A stretch of 64,000 nucleotides of DNA from an uncultured delta proteobacterium (GCA_963803435.1 CAWDML010000001.1:896001-960000); one strand, 5' to 3'. Shown: positions 1-9,927, counted from the first letter of the stretch. Translations and numbers: made by a program. Notes: generated by a model from the sequence alone, not told the origin.

Positions 1-1117
1 AGCTGCGGTCCGCGAGGTCGAGCACCAGCCCGCTCGCCGCCGGGTGAATGTCCACACCGAACGCCCGCCGAGCCGAGAAGGTGGCACGAACCCGCGGCAG
101 ATCGAGGTCGCCGGCGATCAGCCGCTCCGACAGGGCGCGGCGCTGCTCGATCTTGGGGCCGAGCAGCGAGCGGACGTACGACGAAAGCTCCGCCGAAGGA
201 TCATCGCCGGACTCGGCGCGGACGAACGCCCGGAGCTCTTCGGCGATCTCGGCGGCGGTGGAGTAGCGGTCCTGGCAATGAAGCGCCAGCGCACGGCTGG
301 CGATCCAGACCAGCGACTCCGGCAGGTCCGGGCGGAGATCCTGCAACGAAGGCAGCGGCTGCGACGTGAGCGTCTCGATGATCGCTTCCTGGGTGTCGGC
401 GTGGATGAGACGCTTGGCGGTGAGGGCCTCGAAGAGCACCACCCCCAGCGCGTAGATGTCCGCCCGGCGGTCGATGGTGCGACCGGTGAGCTGCTCGAGG
501 GACATGTAGCGGAGCTTGCCCTTGATGATCCCGGTGATGGTGGCCTGCCGCTTCTTCTTTGCGGCGGCCACACCGAAGTCGAGGATCTTGACGTGACCGT
601 CATACGTGACCATCAGGTTCTGAGGCGAGACGTCACGATGGATGAACCCGAGCGCATCCCCGCTCTCGCTCTTCAGCTCGTGCACGTAGTGGAGACCTTC
701 GGCGACGCAGGCCATGATCCACGCCACCACGCGCGCAGGGAGCAGACCGCCCGCGGCGCGCGCCTGCTTGACCAGGGTCGCAACCGTATCCCCCAACACG
801 AACTCCATCGCCATGAAGGGCGTGGAGCGGACCTCTCCGCTCGCGTACGTCTCGACGCAGTTGGGATGACGGAGGCGCTCGGCGACGGCGATCTCGTCGA
901 GGAACATGGCGGCGACGTCGGTGCGGCCGGCCAGCTCGGGGAGCACCGTCTTGATGGTGACGAGGCGCGCGCCGGCGGCGCGAGGCTCACGCGCCATGAG
1001 CACGTTCGCCATCCCTCCAGCGGCCAGCCGCGCGAGGATCTGATAGGGGCCGAAGTCGATCGGCTGCTCGCCCGGGTCCTGACCGGTGGCCGGCGAACTG
1101 TCGCGATCAGGCCACAT
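1..1117 (-). CDS. Hanks-type Ser/Thr protein kinase (3' end runs off the window)
   Basis: Not in the ORF track (no stop in window). Reverse strand from ATG 1117 reads MWPDRD...FGPYQILARLAAGGMANV...IKTVLP...HRDVSPQNLMV...KILDFGVA...KGKLRYMSLEQ. The + strand 44..1495 ORF is its antisense shadow. Confidence 0.92.
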   Translation of the reverse strand, partial: MWPDRDSSPATGQDPGEQPIDFGPYQILARLAAGGMANVLMAREPRAAGARLVTIKTVLPELAGRTDVAAMFLDEIAVAERLRHPNCVETYASGEVRSTPFMAMEFVLGDTVATLVKQARAAGGLLPARVVAWIMACVAEGLHYVHELKSESGDALGFIHRDVSPQNLMVTYDGHVKILDFGVAAAKKKRQATITGIIKGKLRYMSLEQLTGRTIDRRADIYALGVVLFEALTAKRLIHADTQEAIIETLTSQPLPSLQDLRPDLPESLVWIASRALALHCQDRYSTAAEIAEELRAFVRAESGDDPSAELSSYVRSLLGPKIEQRRALSERLIAGDLDLPRVRATFSARRAFGVDIHPAASGLVLDLADRS

Positions 1118-1371
1118 CGGGCGGGCACTTTAGACGTCGTGGAAGACGCCAGGCAACCAGAGACCGCGACGATCGCGTGCAGCTCAAACCTGCGCGTGAT
1201 CCCACCACTAACGGAGCCGGCGAGCGACAGGGCCTCGATCGGATCGCGAGATCACCCGCGATCGACCGCGGGCGCCGAGAGCCCCTCGAGCAGCGGGGGT
1301 GCACCAGCTCGTTGTACTGTCCGTTCGGCTCGGACCGGCACGTCGTCCAGACGCGCACGCGGTTCAGCGCT

Positions 1372-2235
1372 TCACTTCCGGTGCGCGTCGAAGAAGTCGA
1401 TGACCTCTTCACCCCAGCGAAACTCTGGGTTGCCGTCGCACTTGAAGCTGAACAGCTGGCCCGGCTCGCCCCCGAGATCCTCGCTGCCGGGGTAGCAATG
1501 CCCGAGGAGCCGGATGCCCTCGCCCTCGGCGCTGCTGGAGTAGTCGTGGGCGAGGAACTCGAGGGTGGCCGCCCCGGTGTAGCGGTGGTGCCGGAAGCCG
1601 TCCCCCTTCTCGACGAGGCCCTCGGACTCGAGGTGCCACGCCGAGACGATTCCGTCGATCTGCTCCCGGGCGCAGGCGAAGTCGGAGAGGGGATCGGCGT
1701 GGCCGTGCATGTAGAGCAGATCGATGGGATCCGCCGGCGGCTCGGCATCGCAGGAGCCGTCCGCCGCCGGAGCCGCCGAGGCGAGGACGTCGGCGTGCGC
1801 GCGCACGAAGGCCCAGGTCATGGCGCCGCCCTGCGAGAAGCCCGTGAAGTGCACCCGCCCCCGCGCGATCTCGAAGGCCCCTGCCGCCCGCATCATCACC
1901 TCGTAGACCCCACCGTAGTCTCGGTCCGATAACCAGAGCGAGAACGGCGGGTCCCCCGGTGCGCTCGGCTGGAGCACGACGTAGTCCCGCGCCCGACCGA
2001 GCCTCGCCAGAGCGGTGTTGGCCTCCTCCATGCGCCCGCTCATGGTGAAGCCGTGCACGTCGACGATGAGACCGCACCCCGGCCGCGTGCAGCGTGCGGG
2101 CACCGAGACCTCCCATTCGAGCCCGCCACACTCCACCCTCCCGGTGGTCTTCTCCGAGAAACAGGGGTCGCCGTTCGCCTCGAACGTGTCGACGCTGCAA
2201 CCGATCGCAAGGCAGAGGGGGAGCCATCGCAGCAC
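1372..2235 (-). CDS. PHB-depolymerase-family esterase (alpha/beta hydrolase), probable lipoprotein
   Basis: GFSQGG nucleophile elbow, VHGFTMSG, YMHGHADP; lipobox-like LAIGC after GTG 2235. Confidence 0.8.
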   Translation of the reverse strand: MLRWLPLCLAIGCSVDTFEANGDPCFSEKTTGRVECGGLEWEVSVPARCTRPGCGLIVDVHGFTMSGRMEEANTALARLGRARDYVVLQPSAPGDPPFSLWLSDRDYGGVYEVMMRAAGAFEIARGRVHFTGFSQGGAMTWAFVRAHADVLASAAPAADGSCDAEPPADPIDLLYMHGHADPLSDFACAREQIDGIVSAWHLESEGLVEKGDGFRHHRYTGAATLEFLAHDYSSSAEGEGIRLLGHCYPGSEDLGGEPGQLFSFKCDGNPEFRWGEEVIDFFDAHRK

Positions 2236-2367
2236 CGCGGGAGTATCAAGCGGATCACGACGACGATCGACCGGAACCCGGGAGCGGTCGGTCGACCGTC
2301 GGTCGACCGGTTTTGAAAGGTGTCGAGGTCCCACTCGGCGAGCGGCGGCGCGCCTATAAAGGTCCAT

Positions 2368-2395
2368 TTGACTTTTTCAAATACGTTGCTACTCT
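2368..2395 (+). promoter_or_regulatory. sigma70-like promoter TTGACT-N16-TACTCT with TTGA-N5-TCAA dyad over the -35; probably leaderless
   Basis: AT-rich patch in a GC-rich background; -10 ends 7 nt before ATG 2403; no Shine-Dalgarno. Confidence 0.6.
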
Positions 2396-2402
2396 TTTGC
2401 CC

Positions 2403-3215
2403 ATGTCGCTCCGTGGCGTCGCTCGAGAGACCCTCGACATCATCGAATCCGGTCGATACCAGTCCCTCTCGGGCGCATGGGTCGACGTCGGCGACGCCGT
2501 GAAGGCGGCGGTCGCCGGGACGGTCCTCTACCGGCCGGGCGGGCTGGATCTGTCGGCGGCCTCACCGGGTGCCCCCAACATCGAGGTCACCGAGGAGACG
2601 ACGCAAGCGGCCGCGCGCCGGCTGATCGCCGACGAGGGCGTCGCCGACCTGGTGCTCCTCAACTACGCCTCCGCCCGCAACCCGGGGGGCGGCTTTCTCG
2701 GCGGCGCCAAGGCGCAGGAGGAGGACCTCTGCCGCTGCTCGGGGCTCTACGCCTGCCTGCTCACGCAGCCCGAATACTACGAGGCCAACCGCGCGCAGTC
2801 GTCGATGCTGTACACGGACCACATCATCTACGCGCCCAGGGTCCCGTTCTTCCGTGACGGCAGGCGCGGCTTGATGGAGTCGCCGGTGCTGAGCTCGGTG
2901 ATCACTGCGCCGGCACCGAACGCAGGCGAGCACCTGCGTCGCTCGCCCGCAGAGACCGCGGTGCTCGAAGAGACGCTCCACCGGCGTGCCGGTCTGGTCC
3001 TGCTGGTGGCCCGGGCGCAACAACACCGAACGCTGCTCCTGGGCGCATGGGGCTGCGGCGTGTTCAGGAACGATCCGCACCGGGTGGCGGAGGCGTTCAT
3101 GTCGTGGCTCGCGGTCCTGGGCGGGGCCTTCGATCGCGTCGTGTTCGCAGTGCCGGCGGGAAAGCCGGCGCACAACCTCGAGGCGTTCACGATCCGGTGT
3201 GCGTCGCGCTGGTAG
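2403..3215 (+). CDS. TIGR02452/DUF2263 family protein (microbial PARG-like macrodomain)
   Basis: LNYASARNPGGGFLGGAKAQEEDLCR and LGAWGCGVFRNDP signatures. Confidence 0.9.
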   Translation: MSLRGVARETLDIIESGRYQSLSGAWVDVGDAVKAAVAGTVLYRPGGLDLSAASPGAPNIEVTEETTQAAARRLIADEGVADLVLLNYASARNPGGGFLGGAKAQEEDLCRCSGLYACLLTQPEYYEANRAQSSMLYTDHIIYAPRVPFFRDGRRGLMESPVLSSVITAPAPNAGEHLRRSPAETAVLEETLHRRAGLVLLVARAQQHRTLLLGAWGCGVFRNDPHRVAEAFMSWLAVLGGAFDRVVFAVPAGKPAHNLEAFTIRCASRW

Positions 3216-3323
3216 CCCGCCGCGAGCGCGGTGAGCAGTCCAGCATCCGGCGCAATCGAGCGAAGGGCGTGGCGACCGGATAGTCGAGTGACCACCTCCT
3301 CGAACGGCGGCAGCGCACGCGCC

Positions 3324-3339
3324 TGGCACGGCGGCTGCT
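3324..3339 (+). promoter_or_regulatory. sigma-54 (-24/-12) promoter
   Basis: TGGCAC-GGCGG-CTGCT; -12 C is 14 nt before ATG 3352. Confidence 0.6.
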
Positions 3340-3351
3340 CTCGTCGGGTCC

Positions 3352-5028
3352 ATGCGAGACTCCGCGCTTCTCTGTGCCGTTCTCCTGTTCGGATGCGCGC
3401 GCGGCCCGGGGGCCGCTCCCAGCGATCCACCTCCCCCGGAGCCGCTCGTCCAACTGAGGCCCGAGGAGCACCTGGTGCGGGCAGCGCTCGCGCTCACCGG
3501 TCGCAGGCCCTCGGACGCCGATCGAGCGGCCGTGGCGGCAGACGGAGCGGCCGTCGCCGCGATCGTCGATCGCTACCTCGACAGCCCGGAGTTCGGAGCG
3601 ACCATGCGCGATCTGCACAACGAGGCGCTCCTGGTCCGCACCGACTTCGACAACTTCCCGGCCGGCTTCCAGGCGAGGGCGCCGCTGGAGGAGCTCGACC
3701 GCGCCACCATCAACAAATCACTGTTCGAGGCCCCGCTGGCGCTGATCGAGTACGTGATCATGAACGATCGCCCGTACACGGAGATCGTCACCGCGAGCTA
3801 CACCGTGGCCAACCGGGCCGTCTCCGCGGTCTGGGGGAGCCTGCCGTACACCGACGGCGGTCCGGAGTGGCAGATCACATCGCACCAGGACGGTCGCGGA
3901 GACGCCGGCATCCTCTCCGACGACTGGCTGTTCAGCCGCCACACCACCACCATCTCGAACGCCAACCGTGGCCGCGCGAATGCCGTGACCAAGGCGTTGC
4001 TCTGCTACGACTTTCTCGATCGTGACGTCGTGGTGGATACCAGCGTCGACTTCGCCGACCCGGAGGCGGTCGCGCGCGCGGTCAAGAGCAACCCAGCTTG
4101 CGCCAGCTGCCATCACAGCCTCGATCCCCTCGCCGGCTTCTTCCAGGACTACTTCCCCATCTACGTCCCTTACGGCGTCGACCGGTTTCCGTTTCGGCAC
4201 TACGAGCCAGGGATCATCAAGCGGGCGGGCGCGACCGTCGAGGAGCCCGCGTACTTCGGACAGCCGGGGCGGACGCTCTCCGATCTCGGGCGAGCGATCG
4301 CTGCAGACCCGCGCTTCCCGCTCTGCGCCGCGAAACGCTTCTACGCATTCTTCAACCAGGTGCGCCTCGCGGAGGTCCCCGAGGGCCAGGCGCGCGAGCT
4401 GTCATCGCGCTTCGTGGCGAGCGGCTTCTCCGCCAAGGCGCTGGCGCGGGCCATCGTTCTCTCGGACGACTTCCGGGTGTCGTACAGCGGCGACGGCGCG
4501 CTCGCCGAGAGCACCGTGGGCGTCAAGCGCGCCGGACCGGAGCAGACCTCGCGCCTGATCGAGGATCTGACCGGCTTCCGCTGGACCGCCACCATTCCGG
4601 GCGCAGGCAACGTCGATCTCTCCACCGACAGCTACTACGGTTACGAGGTCCTCGCCGGTGGGATCGACGCTTTCAGCGTCACGCTGCCGAGCTACACCTT
4701 CAACGCGACCTCACATTTGTTCCTCGCGGAGCTCGCCGCCCGGGGCGCCGCCTTCGCCGTGGAGAAGGACTTCGCCGAGGCCGATCGGAGCAAGAGGAAG
4801 CTCCTCACCGAGGTCGGTGCGGACGATCGGGACGAGCTCGCGGTGCGCGCTCAGCTCGCTGCGCTTCATTGGAGAATCCTCGCGGAGGAGGTCGAGCCGG
4901 GATCGGACGCCGTCTCGGAGAGCTATGCGCTGTTCACCACGGCGCTCGACGAATCGGACGACGTCCCGCTCGCGTGGAAAGCGGTGCTGACCGCCATGCT
5001 CCAGGATTTTCGCGTCGCCACTTACTAG
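3352..5028 (+). CDS. Lipoprotein with CXXCH motif, DUF1549/DUF1588-like (DUF1501 partner)
   Basis: Lipobox LLFGC; RAALALTGRRP; CASCHHSLDPLA heme-binding motif; directly upstream of a DUF1501 gene. Confidence 0.72.
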   Translation: MRDSALLCAVLLFGCARGPGAAPSDPPPPEPLVQLRPEEHLVRAALALTGRRPSDADRAAVAADGAAVAAIVDRYLDSPEFGATMRDLHNEALLVRTDFDNFPAGFQARAPLEELDRATINKSLFEAPLALIEYVIMNDRPYTEIVTASYTVANRAVSAVWGSLPYTDGGPEWQITSHQDGRGDAGILSDDWLFSRHTTTISNANRGRANAVTKALLCYDFLDRDVVVDTSVDFADPEAVARAVKSNPACASCHHSLDPLAGFFQDYFPIYVPYGVDRFPFRHYEPGIIKRAGATVEEPAYFGQPGRTLSDLGRAIAADPRFPLCAAKRFYAFFNQVRLAEVPEGQARELSSRFVASGFSAKALARAIVLSDDFRVSYSGDGALAESTVGVKRAGPEQTSRLIEDLTGFRWTATIPGAGNVDLSTDSYYGYEVLAGGIDAFSVTLPSYTFNATSHLFLAELAARGAAFAVEKDFAEADRSKRKLLTEVGADDRDELAVRAQLAALHWRILAEEVEPGSDAVSESYALFTTALDESDDVPLAWKAVLTAMLQDFRVATY

Positions 5029-5046
5029 AAGACAGAGAGGTAGAAC

Positions 5047-6327
5047 ATGGTCGCGATCAATCGTCGAAGCTTGCTCAAGTGCGGCACCGCGAGCCTCGCC
5101 TTCGCCGCCCTTCACGGGATCTCGCGCGGAACGCGGGCGGCCGCCGGGAAGACCGAGCGGAAGCTCATCCTGATCTTCGGTGGAGGTGGTTGGGACACGA
5201 CCTACTCTGTCGATCCGAAGCCCGGGCTCGCCACCATCGACGCTCCGGCGGGACGCGAGGAGCGGTTCGGCGAGATCCGCGTCTGGACCGGCGACGATCG
5301 CCCCTGCGTCGCGGAGCTGTTCCGCCGCCACGGGAGCACCTGCGCGGTCGTCAACGGCGTGCAAATGATGTCGTTCGTCCACCCCGATTGCTGGAAGCGG
5401 ATCCTGACCGGGACGGCCTCCGATTCGAGCCCGGATCTCGGCGCAATCACCGCCTACGAGCATGCGAGCGGGCTTCCGGTGCCCTACCTGGTCCTCGGCC
5501 GCACAGCGTACACCGGGGAGCTCGCCTCGGTCTCGGCGCGCGTCGGATCGACGAAGCAGATCGTCGGTCTGCTCGACGCCCAGAACGCGCCGCCTTCGGA
5601 CGCCGACGTCGAAGGGATCGGACGACCAACCTTCTCGAGCAACACCGACTCCGCCATCCGCAAGTACGTGCTCGCCCGCGCGGAGCGAGAGCGCGCGGTC
5701 CGCGGTCAATCCGGCTACAACCGGCGCGTCTTCCGCGACTTCCTCTCCTCCCTGGATCGAGCCTCGGCGCTCGCGCGGTATCGCGACGACCTCGGCGGTC
5801 GCGCTCCGACGCTCGACCTCACCGCGCAGCGACAGCTCGCGGTGAAGGCCCTGGAGCGCGGACTCTCGCAATCGGTGATCGTCGAGCAAGGCGGCTACGA
5901 CACCCACTCCGACAACACGCAGCAGGCCGCCTTGCAGGAGACGCTCTTCGCCGAGCTGATCGCGCTCCTCGACGAGCTCTCGTCGACGCCCGGAAGCCGG
6001 ACGGGATCCAAGCTCCTCGACGAGACCACCGTCGTCTTCCTCTCGGAGATGGGCCGGACGCCCAAGCTCAACAGCGACGCGGGCAAGGATCACTGGCCGG
6101 TCACCAGCGCGCTGCTCTTCGGCGCCGGCGTGCGCGGGGGTCGCGCCTACGGCGCGAGCAGCGACGGGCTGGAGGCGCTCAACGTCGACTTCGACACCGG
6201 AGACGTCGACGCCGGCGGCCTTCAGCTCCTGTTCAGCAATCTCGCCGCGGGTGTCCTCGAGCTCGTCGGCGTCGACTCCGAGGCATACCTGCCGGGTGTG
6301 GAGGTGTTCCGTGCGTTCGCTGCTTAG
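5047..6327 (+). CDS. DUF1501 family protein, Tat-exported
   Basis: NRRSLLK twin-arginine signal; GGWDT, GYDTHSDN, SEMGRTPKLN...GKDHWP. Confidence 0.88.
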   Translation: MVAINRRSLLKCGTASLAFAALHGISRGTRAAAGKTERKLILIFGGGGWDTTYSVDPKPGLATIDAPAGREERFGEIRVWTGDDRPCVAELFRRHGSTCAVVNGVQMMSFVHPDCWKRILTGTASDSSPDLGAITAYEHASGLPVPYLVLGRTAYTGELASVSARVGSTKQIVGLLDAQNAPPSDADVEGIGRPTFSSNTDSAIRKYVLARAERERAVRGQSGYNRRVFRDFLSSLDRASALARYRDDLGGRAPTLDLTAQRQLAVKALERGLSQSVIVEQGGYDTHSDNTQQAALQETLFAELIALLDELSSTPGSRTGSKLLDETTVVFLSEMGRTPKLNSDAGKDHWPVTSALLFGAGVRGGRAYGASSDGLEALNVDFDTGDVDAGGLQLLFSNLAAGVLELVGVDSEAYLPGVEVFRAFAA

Positions 6328-7163
6328 CCTCCTCGTCGTCCTCTCGGCCGCCTGCGATGCCGCCACGGAGGCGCCGCCGCCCGACGCTGGCGCCTCGTCC
6401 AGCGAGCGCGCCTGTCCCGACGACAGCGATTCTGACCTACGAGAGCTTCGGCGAGCCCTTCTTCCTCGGCTGGTGCACCGGCTGCCACAGCTCCGCGCTG
6501 ACCGGCGACGCGCGAGCAGGCGCTCCGGTCGGCGTGGACTTCGACAGCCTGGAGGGGATCCGCTCGCGGGCCGACGCGATCTGGAGCCGCGCGGCGGACG
6601 GAAACGCCACCATGCCGCCCACCGGCGGGCCTTCGGCCGGTGTTCGCGAGGAGCTGGGTGAATGGCTCGCGTGCGGAGCTCCGGCGGCGACGGTCCCGAG
6701 CACGTTCGACGCAGGCGTCGATCGCGACCCTCCCGACGGCGGCCAGCCATCCTTCGATGGCGGACCGACCCTCGGCCCACCCCTCTTCAGCGACACCGGT
6801 GAGTACGCCACGCCCGTGTCCGACGGCATGGCGTTCTGCGGCCCCACGAGCTGCGACCCGGCCAGCACCGCTTGCTGCCTCGGGCAGGGAGGAGCGGAGT
6901 GTGCGGCGGCGCCGAGCGGCTGTGACCTGATCATCCGCTGCGATGGACCCGAGGATTGCCCGGGCGGTGCCTGCTGCGTCATGCCGTCGGATTCGAACGC
7001 CCAGCTCGCGTGCGCGTCCTCGTGCGAAATGATGCCGACCATCTGCCACGCCGCGGAGGATTGTCCGAGCGATCGGCCGATCTGCTGCTCCATGGGCGCG
7101 CCGTTCGGACACTGCACGACGATGGAGGGCGCGGCGCCGGGCGAGCGCTGCGACGTGCGCTGA
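6311..7163 (+). CDS. c-type cytochrome lipoprotein with Cys-rich C-terminus (single-base frameshift ~6430)
   Basis: GTG 6311 lipoprotein signal (LSAAC) joins frame LTYESFGEPFFLGWCTGCH...MPP after removing one T from GATTC; Cys-rich tail. Confidence 0.72.
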
Positions 7164-7188
7164 AGTGCTGCTATCCTCCGCGAAGGTC

Positions 7189-7956
7189 ATGATGCCGGCG
7201 CCGCTCTTGCTGCTCTTGATCGCGACCCCGCTGGAGGACGGCATGCGCGCATTGAGCGAGTTTCGGCTCGACGACGCCATCGCGCAGCTCGAGGAGGCGC
7301 GGCGCGAGGGGCACCACCGCTATGGAGATTGGGTGCTCGTTCACGAGCAGCTCGGCATCGCCTACGCATACAAGGCGCGCGAAGCGGAGGCGATCGACAC
7401 CTTCGAGCGGTTGCTCCTGCTCGATCCGACGCACGCGCTCAGATACAACCTCTCGCCGAAGGCGACGCTGCCGTTCGAGCAGGCCCGCGAGCGCGCCAGG
7501 GTGAAGCCGAGGCTGGCGATCGACGTGCTGTGGCCCCGCGACGCCGACGCAGACCAGGCGCTGCCGCTCAGCGTGGAGGTGATCTCGAATCCGGGGCAGC
7601 TCCTCAGGACGGCCAGCCTGCATTACCGGCGTCGCGGTGAGCGTGAGTATCGACGCATCGATCTCGACCTCGCCGGCGGCCGGGGCGCCGCCTCCATCGC
7701 CCCGCCGGTCGCACCGGACGCCGACGTCTTCGATCAGATCTTCTTGGTGGCGCGGGACGAGTACGGCAACGAGGTGCTCGAGTGGGCCGACGAGGTGCGC
7801 CCGCGCGAGATCCTGCTCCGCTACCATCCGCCGGCGCTGTACCAGCAGTGGTGGTTCTGGGTGCTGGCAGGCGCGGTCGTCACCGCAGGATCCGTGACCA
7901 CGTACAGTCTCACCCGTCCGAAGAGCACAGTGTACGATCTCGAGGTCCACCCGTGA
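7189..7956 (+). CDS. Secreted TPR-like protein with C-terminal membrane anchor
   Basis: Signal peptide, LGIAYAY...AIDTFERLLLLDP, SPK motif, LYQQWWFW + TM helix; similar to 52693..53499. Confidence 0.7.
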   Translation: MMPAPLLLLLIATPLEDGMRALSEFRLDDAIAQLEEARREGHHRYGDWVLVHEQLGIAYAYKAREAEAIDTFERLLLLDPTHALRYNLSPKATLPFEQARERARVKPRLAIDVLWPRDADADQALPLSVEVISNPGQLLRTASLHYRRRGEREYRRIDLDLAGGRGAASIAPPVAPDADVFDQIFLVARDEYGNEVLEWADEVRPREILLRYHPPALYQQWWFWVLAGAVVTAGSVTTYSLTRPKSTVYDLEVHP

Positions 7957-9596
7957 GGCCGGCGCTCCTCTGCGCGCTCCTCGCGAGCTGCGGCGATCCA
8001 CTCGTTCGGATCGACATCGATCAGGGAGCGTTCGAGGGCGCTCCGATCACGCTCCGGCTGATCACGCCCGCTCCCACTGACCCGACCACGTGCGACGACA
8101 TCGCCTTCGATGCGGGCGCTCTCGCCTCCGCCATCGCGCTGACCGAGCGACAGGTGCTGCTGGGAGAAGAGCCGCTGTCGATCGAGGACCTCGATCGGCA
8201 GAGCGCGCGGCTGCTGCTGGCGGAGGTGAGCGCCTCCGATGGACAGCAGGCAGGGATCGGCTGCGCGGAGCTCTCCCGAGGTATCGACAGCGACGAGACG
8301 ATCGCGCTCCGCCTCGAGCCGGTCTCCGCCGGGACGGTCGTTTCGGGCGCGCCGATCGAGGCCGAGCTCGACGGCGCTCCCGGCGAGCCGATCGTCGTCT
8401 CGGTCACCGATCGATCCGGCGCGCCGCTGCCGGACGTCGAGGTCCGCTGGAGCGTGGCCGGCACCGACGGCGCCGCGACCTCTGGGGTCGGTCGGAGCGG
8501 ACCCGACGGACAGGCCGAGCTCTCGTTGTCGCTCCCGCGCGCCGTCGGACCGATCGCGGTCGCGATCCGCCCGCGCTTCGCCTTCACGAATCCCTCGCCG
8601 ATCTCCGGCTTCGTCGGGATCGCGCCGAGGCCGCATGCGATCGAACCCGGCCCGCTGACCCTGGGAAGGTTCGGTCCCTCGGGAGAGCTGCGCCTGGTGC
8701 GGGCGCGCGGAGCCGATCTGGTGCGCTGTTCGGAGGAGTCGTTCGATCGATGCGTGCCGCTGGCGAGCCTATCGTTCTCGCCGGGCCGGTTGCAGGCGCT
8801 GGAGGAGACCGAGGAAGACGGCGCCGACGGCCTGCTCGCGATCGGTGCGAACGCGTGGTCGATCGTACATCCGAGCGGCGCGATCGACGCGCGGCCGACA
8901 CCGCCGCCGGCGCAGGTGGGCAACGTCTTCGCCGCCGGGCCGTGCGGAGGGACGGAGATCCTGCTCACCCAGGACGACACCGGGATCACCGAGTTTCCCA
9001 GGCAGGCTCCGCCGACCGGGGATCCGTTCGGCCCCGGCATCATCCTGCTGGCGAGCGGCTGCGTCTCCACCAGCTCGGGCGAGCCGGCCCGCACTTACGC
9101 CGTCTTCCAGGTCGACCAGCGGGTCCCGATCCTGACCGGCGATCGGACGGCGCCGTGGCTCGGCCCGCCGACCGCCTTCGCCTTCGCCTTCGACAAGGGC
9201 TCGAGGCAGCGGGCGCTGATGGGCGTGCAGCTCGAGCTCAGCCAGCCGGTCGTCACGCGCTCGATCTGGGGGGGCGGCGGGGAGCTCACCGCGGTCGCGG
9301 TCGATCCGCTGCCTTCGCCGCCGCAGTCTCTCCGGAGTGGAGACTTCGACGGCGACGGTGTGCTCGATCTGGCTGCGATCCTCGTCCCCCCGTCGAGCTC
9401 CAACGGCCGCTGCGGCTGCGACTGCGCGCTCTGGATCTCGCTCGGCGGTGGTCTGGCGGGTGCACGTTCCCTCTCGTCGATCTGCGACCCGACGCTCGTC
9501 TCCGGCGACCTCGACGGCGATGGCCGGGACGAGGTGATCCTGCTCGACTCCGGGCCGAACGCCACCGTGCTTCGATTCGGGGTGACGCGCGATTAG
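7953..9596 (+). CDS. Lipoprotein with Ig-like domain and FG-GAP/VCBS repeats
   Basis: GTGA overlap with upstream stop; LLASC lipobox; GDFDGDGVLDLA and GDLDGDGRDEV. Confidence 0.75.
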   Translation: MRPALLCALLASCGDPLVRIDIDQGAFEGAPITLRLITPAPTDPTTCDDIAFDAGALASAIALTERQVLLGEEPLSIEDLDRQSARLLLAEVSASDGQQAGIGCAELSRGIDSDETIALRLEPVSAGTVVSGAPIEAELDGAPGEPIVVSVTDRSGAPLPDVEVRWSVAGTDGAATSGVGRSGPDGQAELSLSLPRAVGPIAVAIRPRFAFTNPSPISGFVGIAPRPHAIEPGPLTLGRFGPSGELRLVRARGADLVRCSEESFDRCVPLASLSFSPGRLQALEETEEDGADGLLAIGANAWSIVHPSGAIDARPTPPPAQVGNVFAAGPCGGTEILLTQDDTGITEFPRQAPPTGDPFGPGIILLASGCVSTSSGEPARTYAVFQVDQRVPILTGDRTAPWLGPPTAFAFAFDKGSRQRALMGVQLELSQPVVTRSIWGGGGELTAVAVDPLPSPPQSLRSGDFDGDGVLDLAAILVPPSSSNGRCGCDCALWISLGGGLAGARSLSSICDPTLVSGDLDGDGRDEVILLDSGPNATVLRFGVTRD

Positions 9597-9719
9597 GCGA
9601 CTTGCTCCAAGAGAAGCGTGACAAACTGGACGACTTTTGGTGCTTCGGGCGACGCTGTGGCTCGCAGTTTTCAAGTGCCAGCCGACCGGATGGCACTTCG
9701 CTCTGGCACCGAAAGCGCC

Positions 9720-9853
9720 GCCTACTCCACACCTGCTTGAGGCGCCGACTCGCCAACGAGCAGAAGGTCCAAGCCGCCAGAGCCAAGCTCAAGCGCGTTG
9801 TCGAGATGCTCACGCGCCTCATCAAGTCGATGAACGCACGCCGGGCTGCATGA
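9720..9853 (+). pseudogene. Remnant C-terminus of a four-helix-bundle (S23/IVS-type) protein
   Basis: LHTCLRRRLANEQKVQAARAKLKRVVEMLTRLIKS resembles the family C-terminal helix; no intact start; followed by GGGACC hexamer repeats. Confidence 0.45.
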
Positions 9854-9858
9854 TCGCC

Positions 9859-9927
9859 ATCGGGACCGGGACCGGGACCGGGACCCGGACCGGGCTCGCG
9901 GTAGCGCTACGCGCTACCCGCTCCTAG
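9859..9927. repeat. ~69 bp dispersed element end with (GGGACC)n array, bounded by CTAG; inverted near-copy at 61408..61476
   Basis: Reverse complement CTAGGAGCGGGTAGCGCGTAGCGCTACCGCGAGCCCGGTCCGGGTCCC... aligns with CTAGGAGCGTGTAGCGCGTAAGCGCTCACGCGACCCCGGGCCGGGTTCC... Confidence 0.8.

Noticed and set aside
44-1495. 483-aa + strand ORF and similar long ORFs (15951..17192, 33845..35791, 36760..38460, 42293..44038, N-terminal half of 53496..55829)
   Set aside because: Antisense shadows of motif-bearing genes on the other strand, typical of high-GC3 DNA
4098-7163. 1021-aa ORF
   Set aside because: Arg/Pro-rich alternative frame over two real genes; only the last ~245 codons belong to the frameshifted cytochrome gene
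9861-9895. (GGGACC)n array as CRISPR or coding repeat (GTGTGT peptide)
   Set aside because: Hexamer microsatellite without spacers or cas genes; part of the dispersed element end
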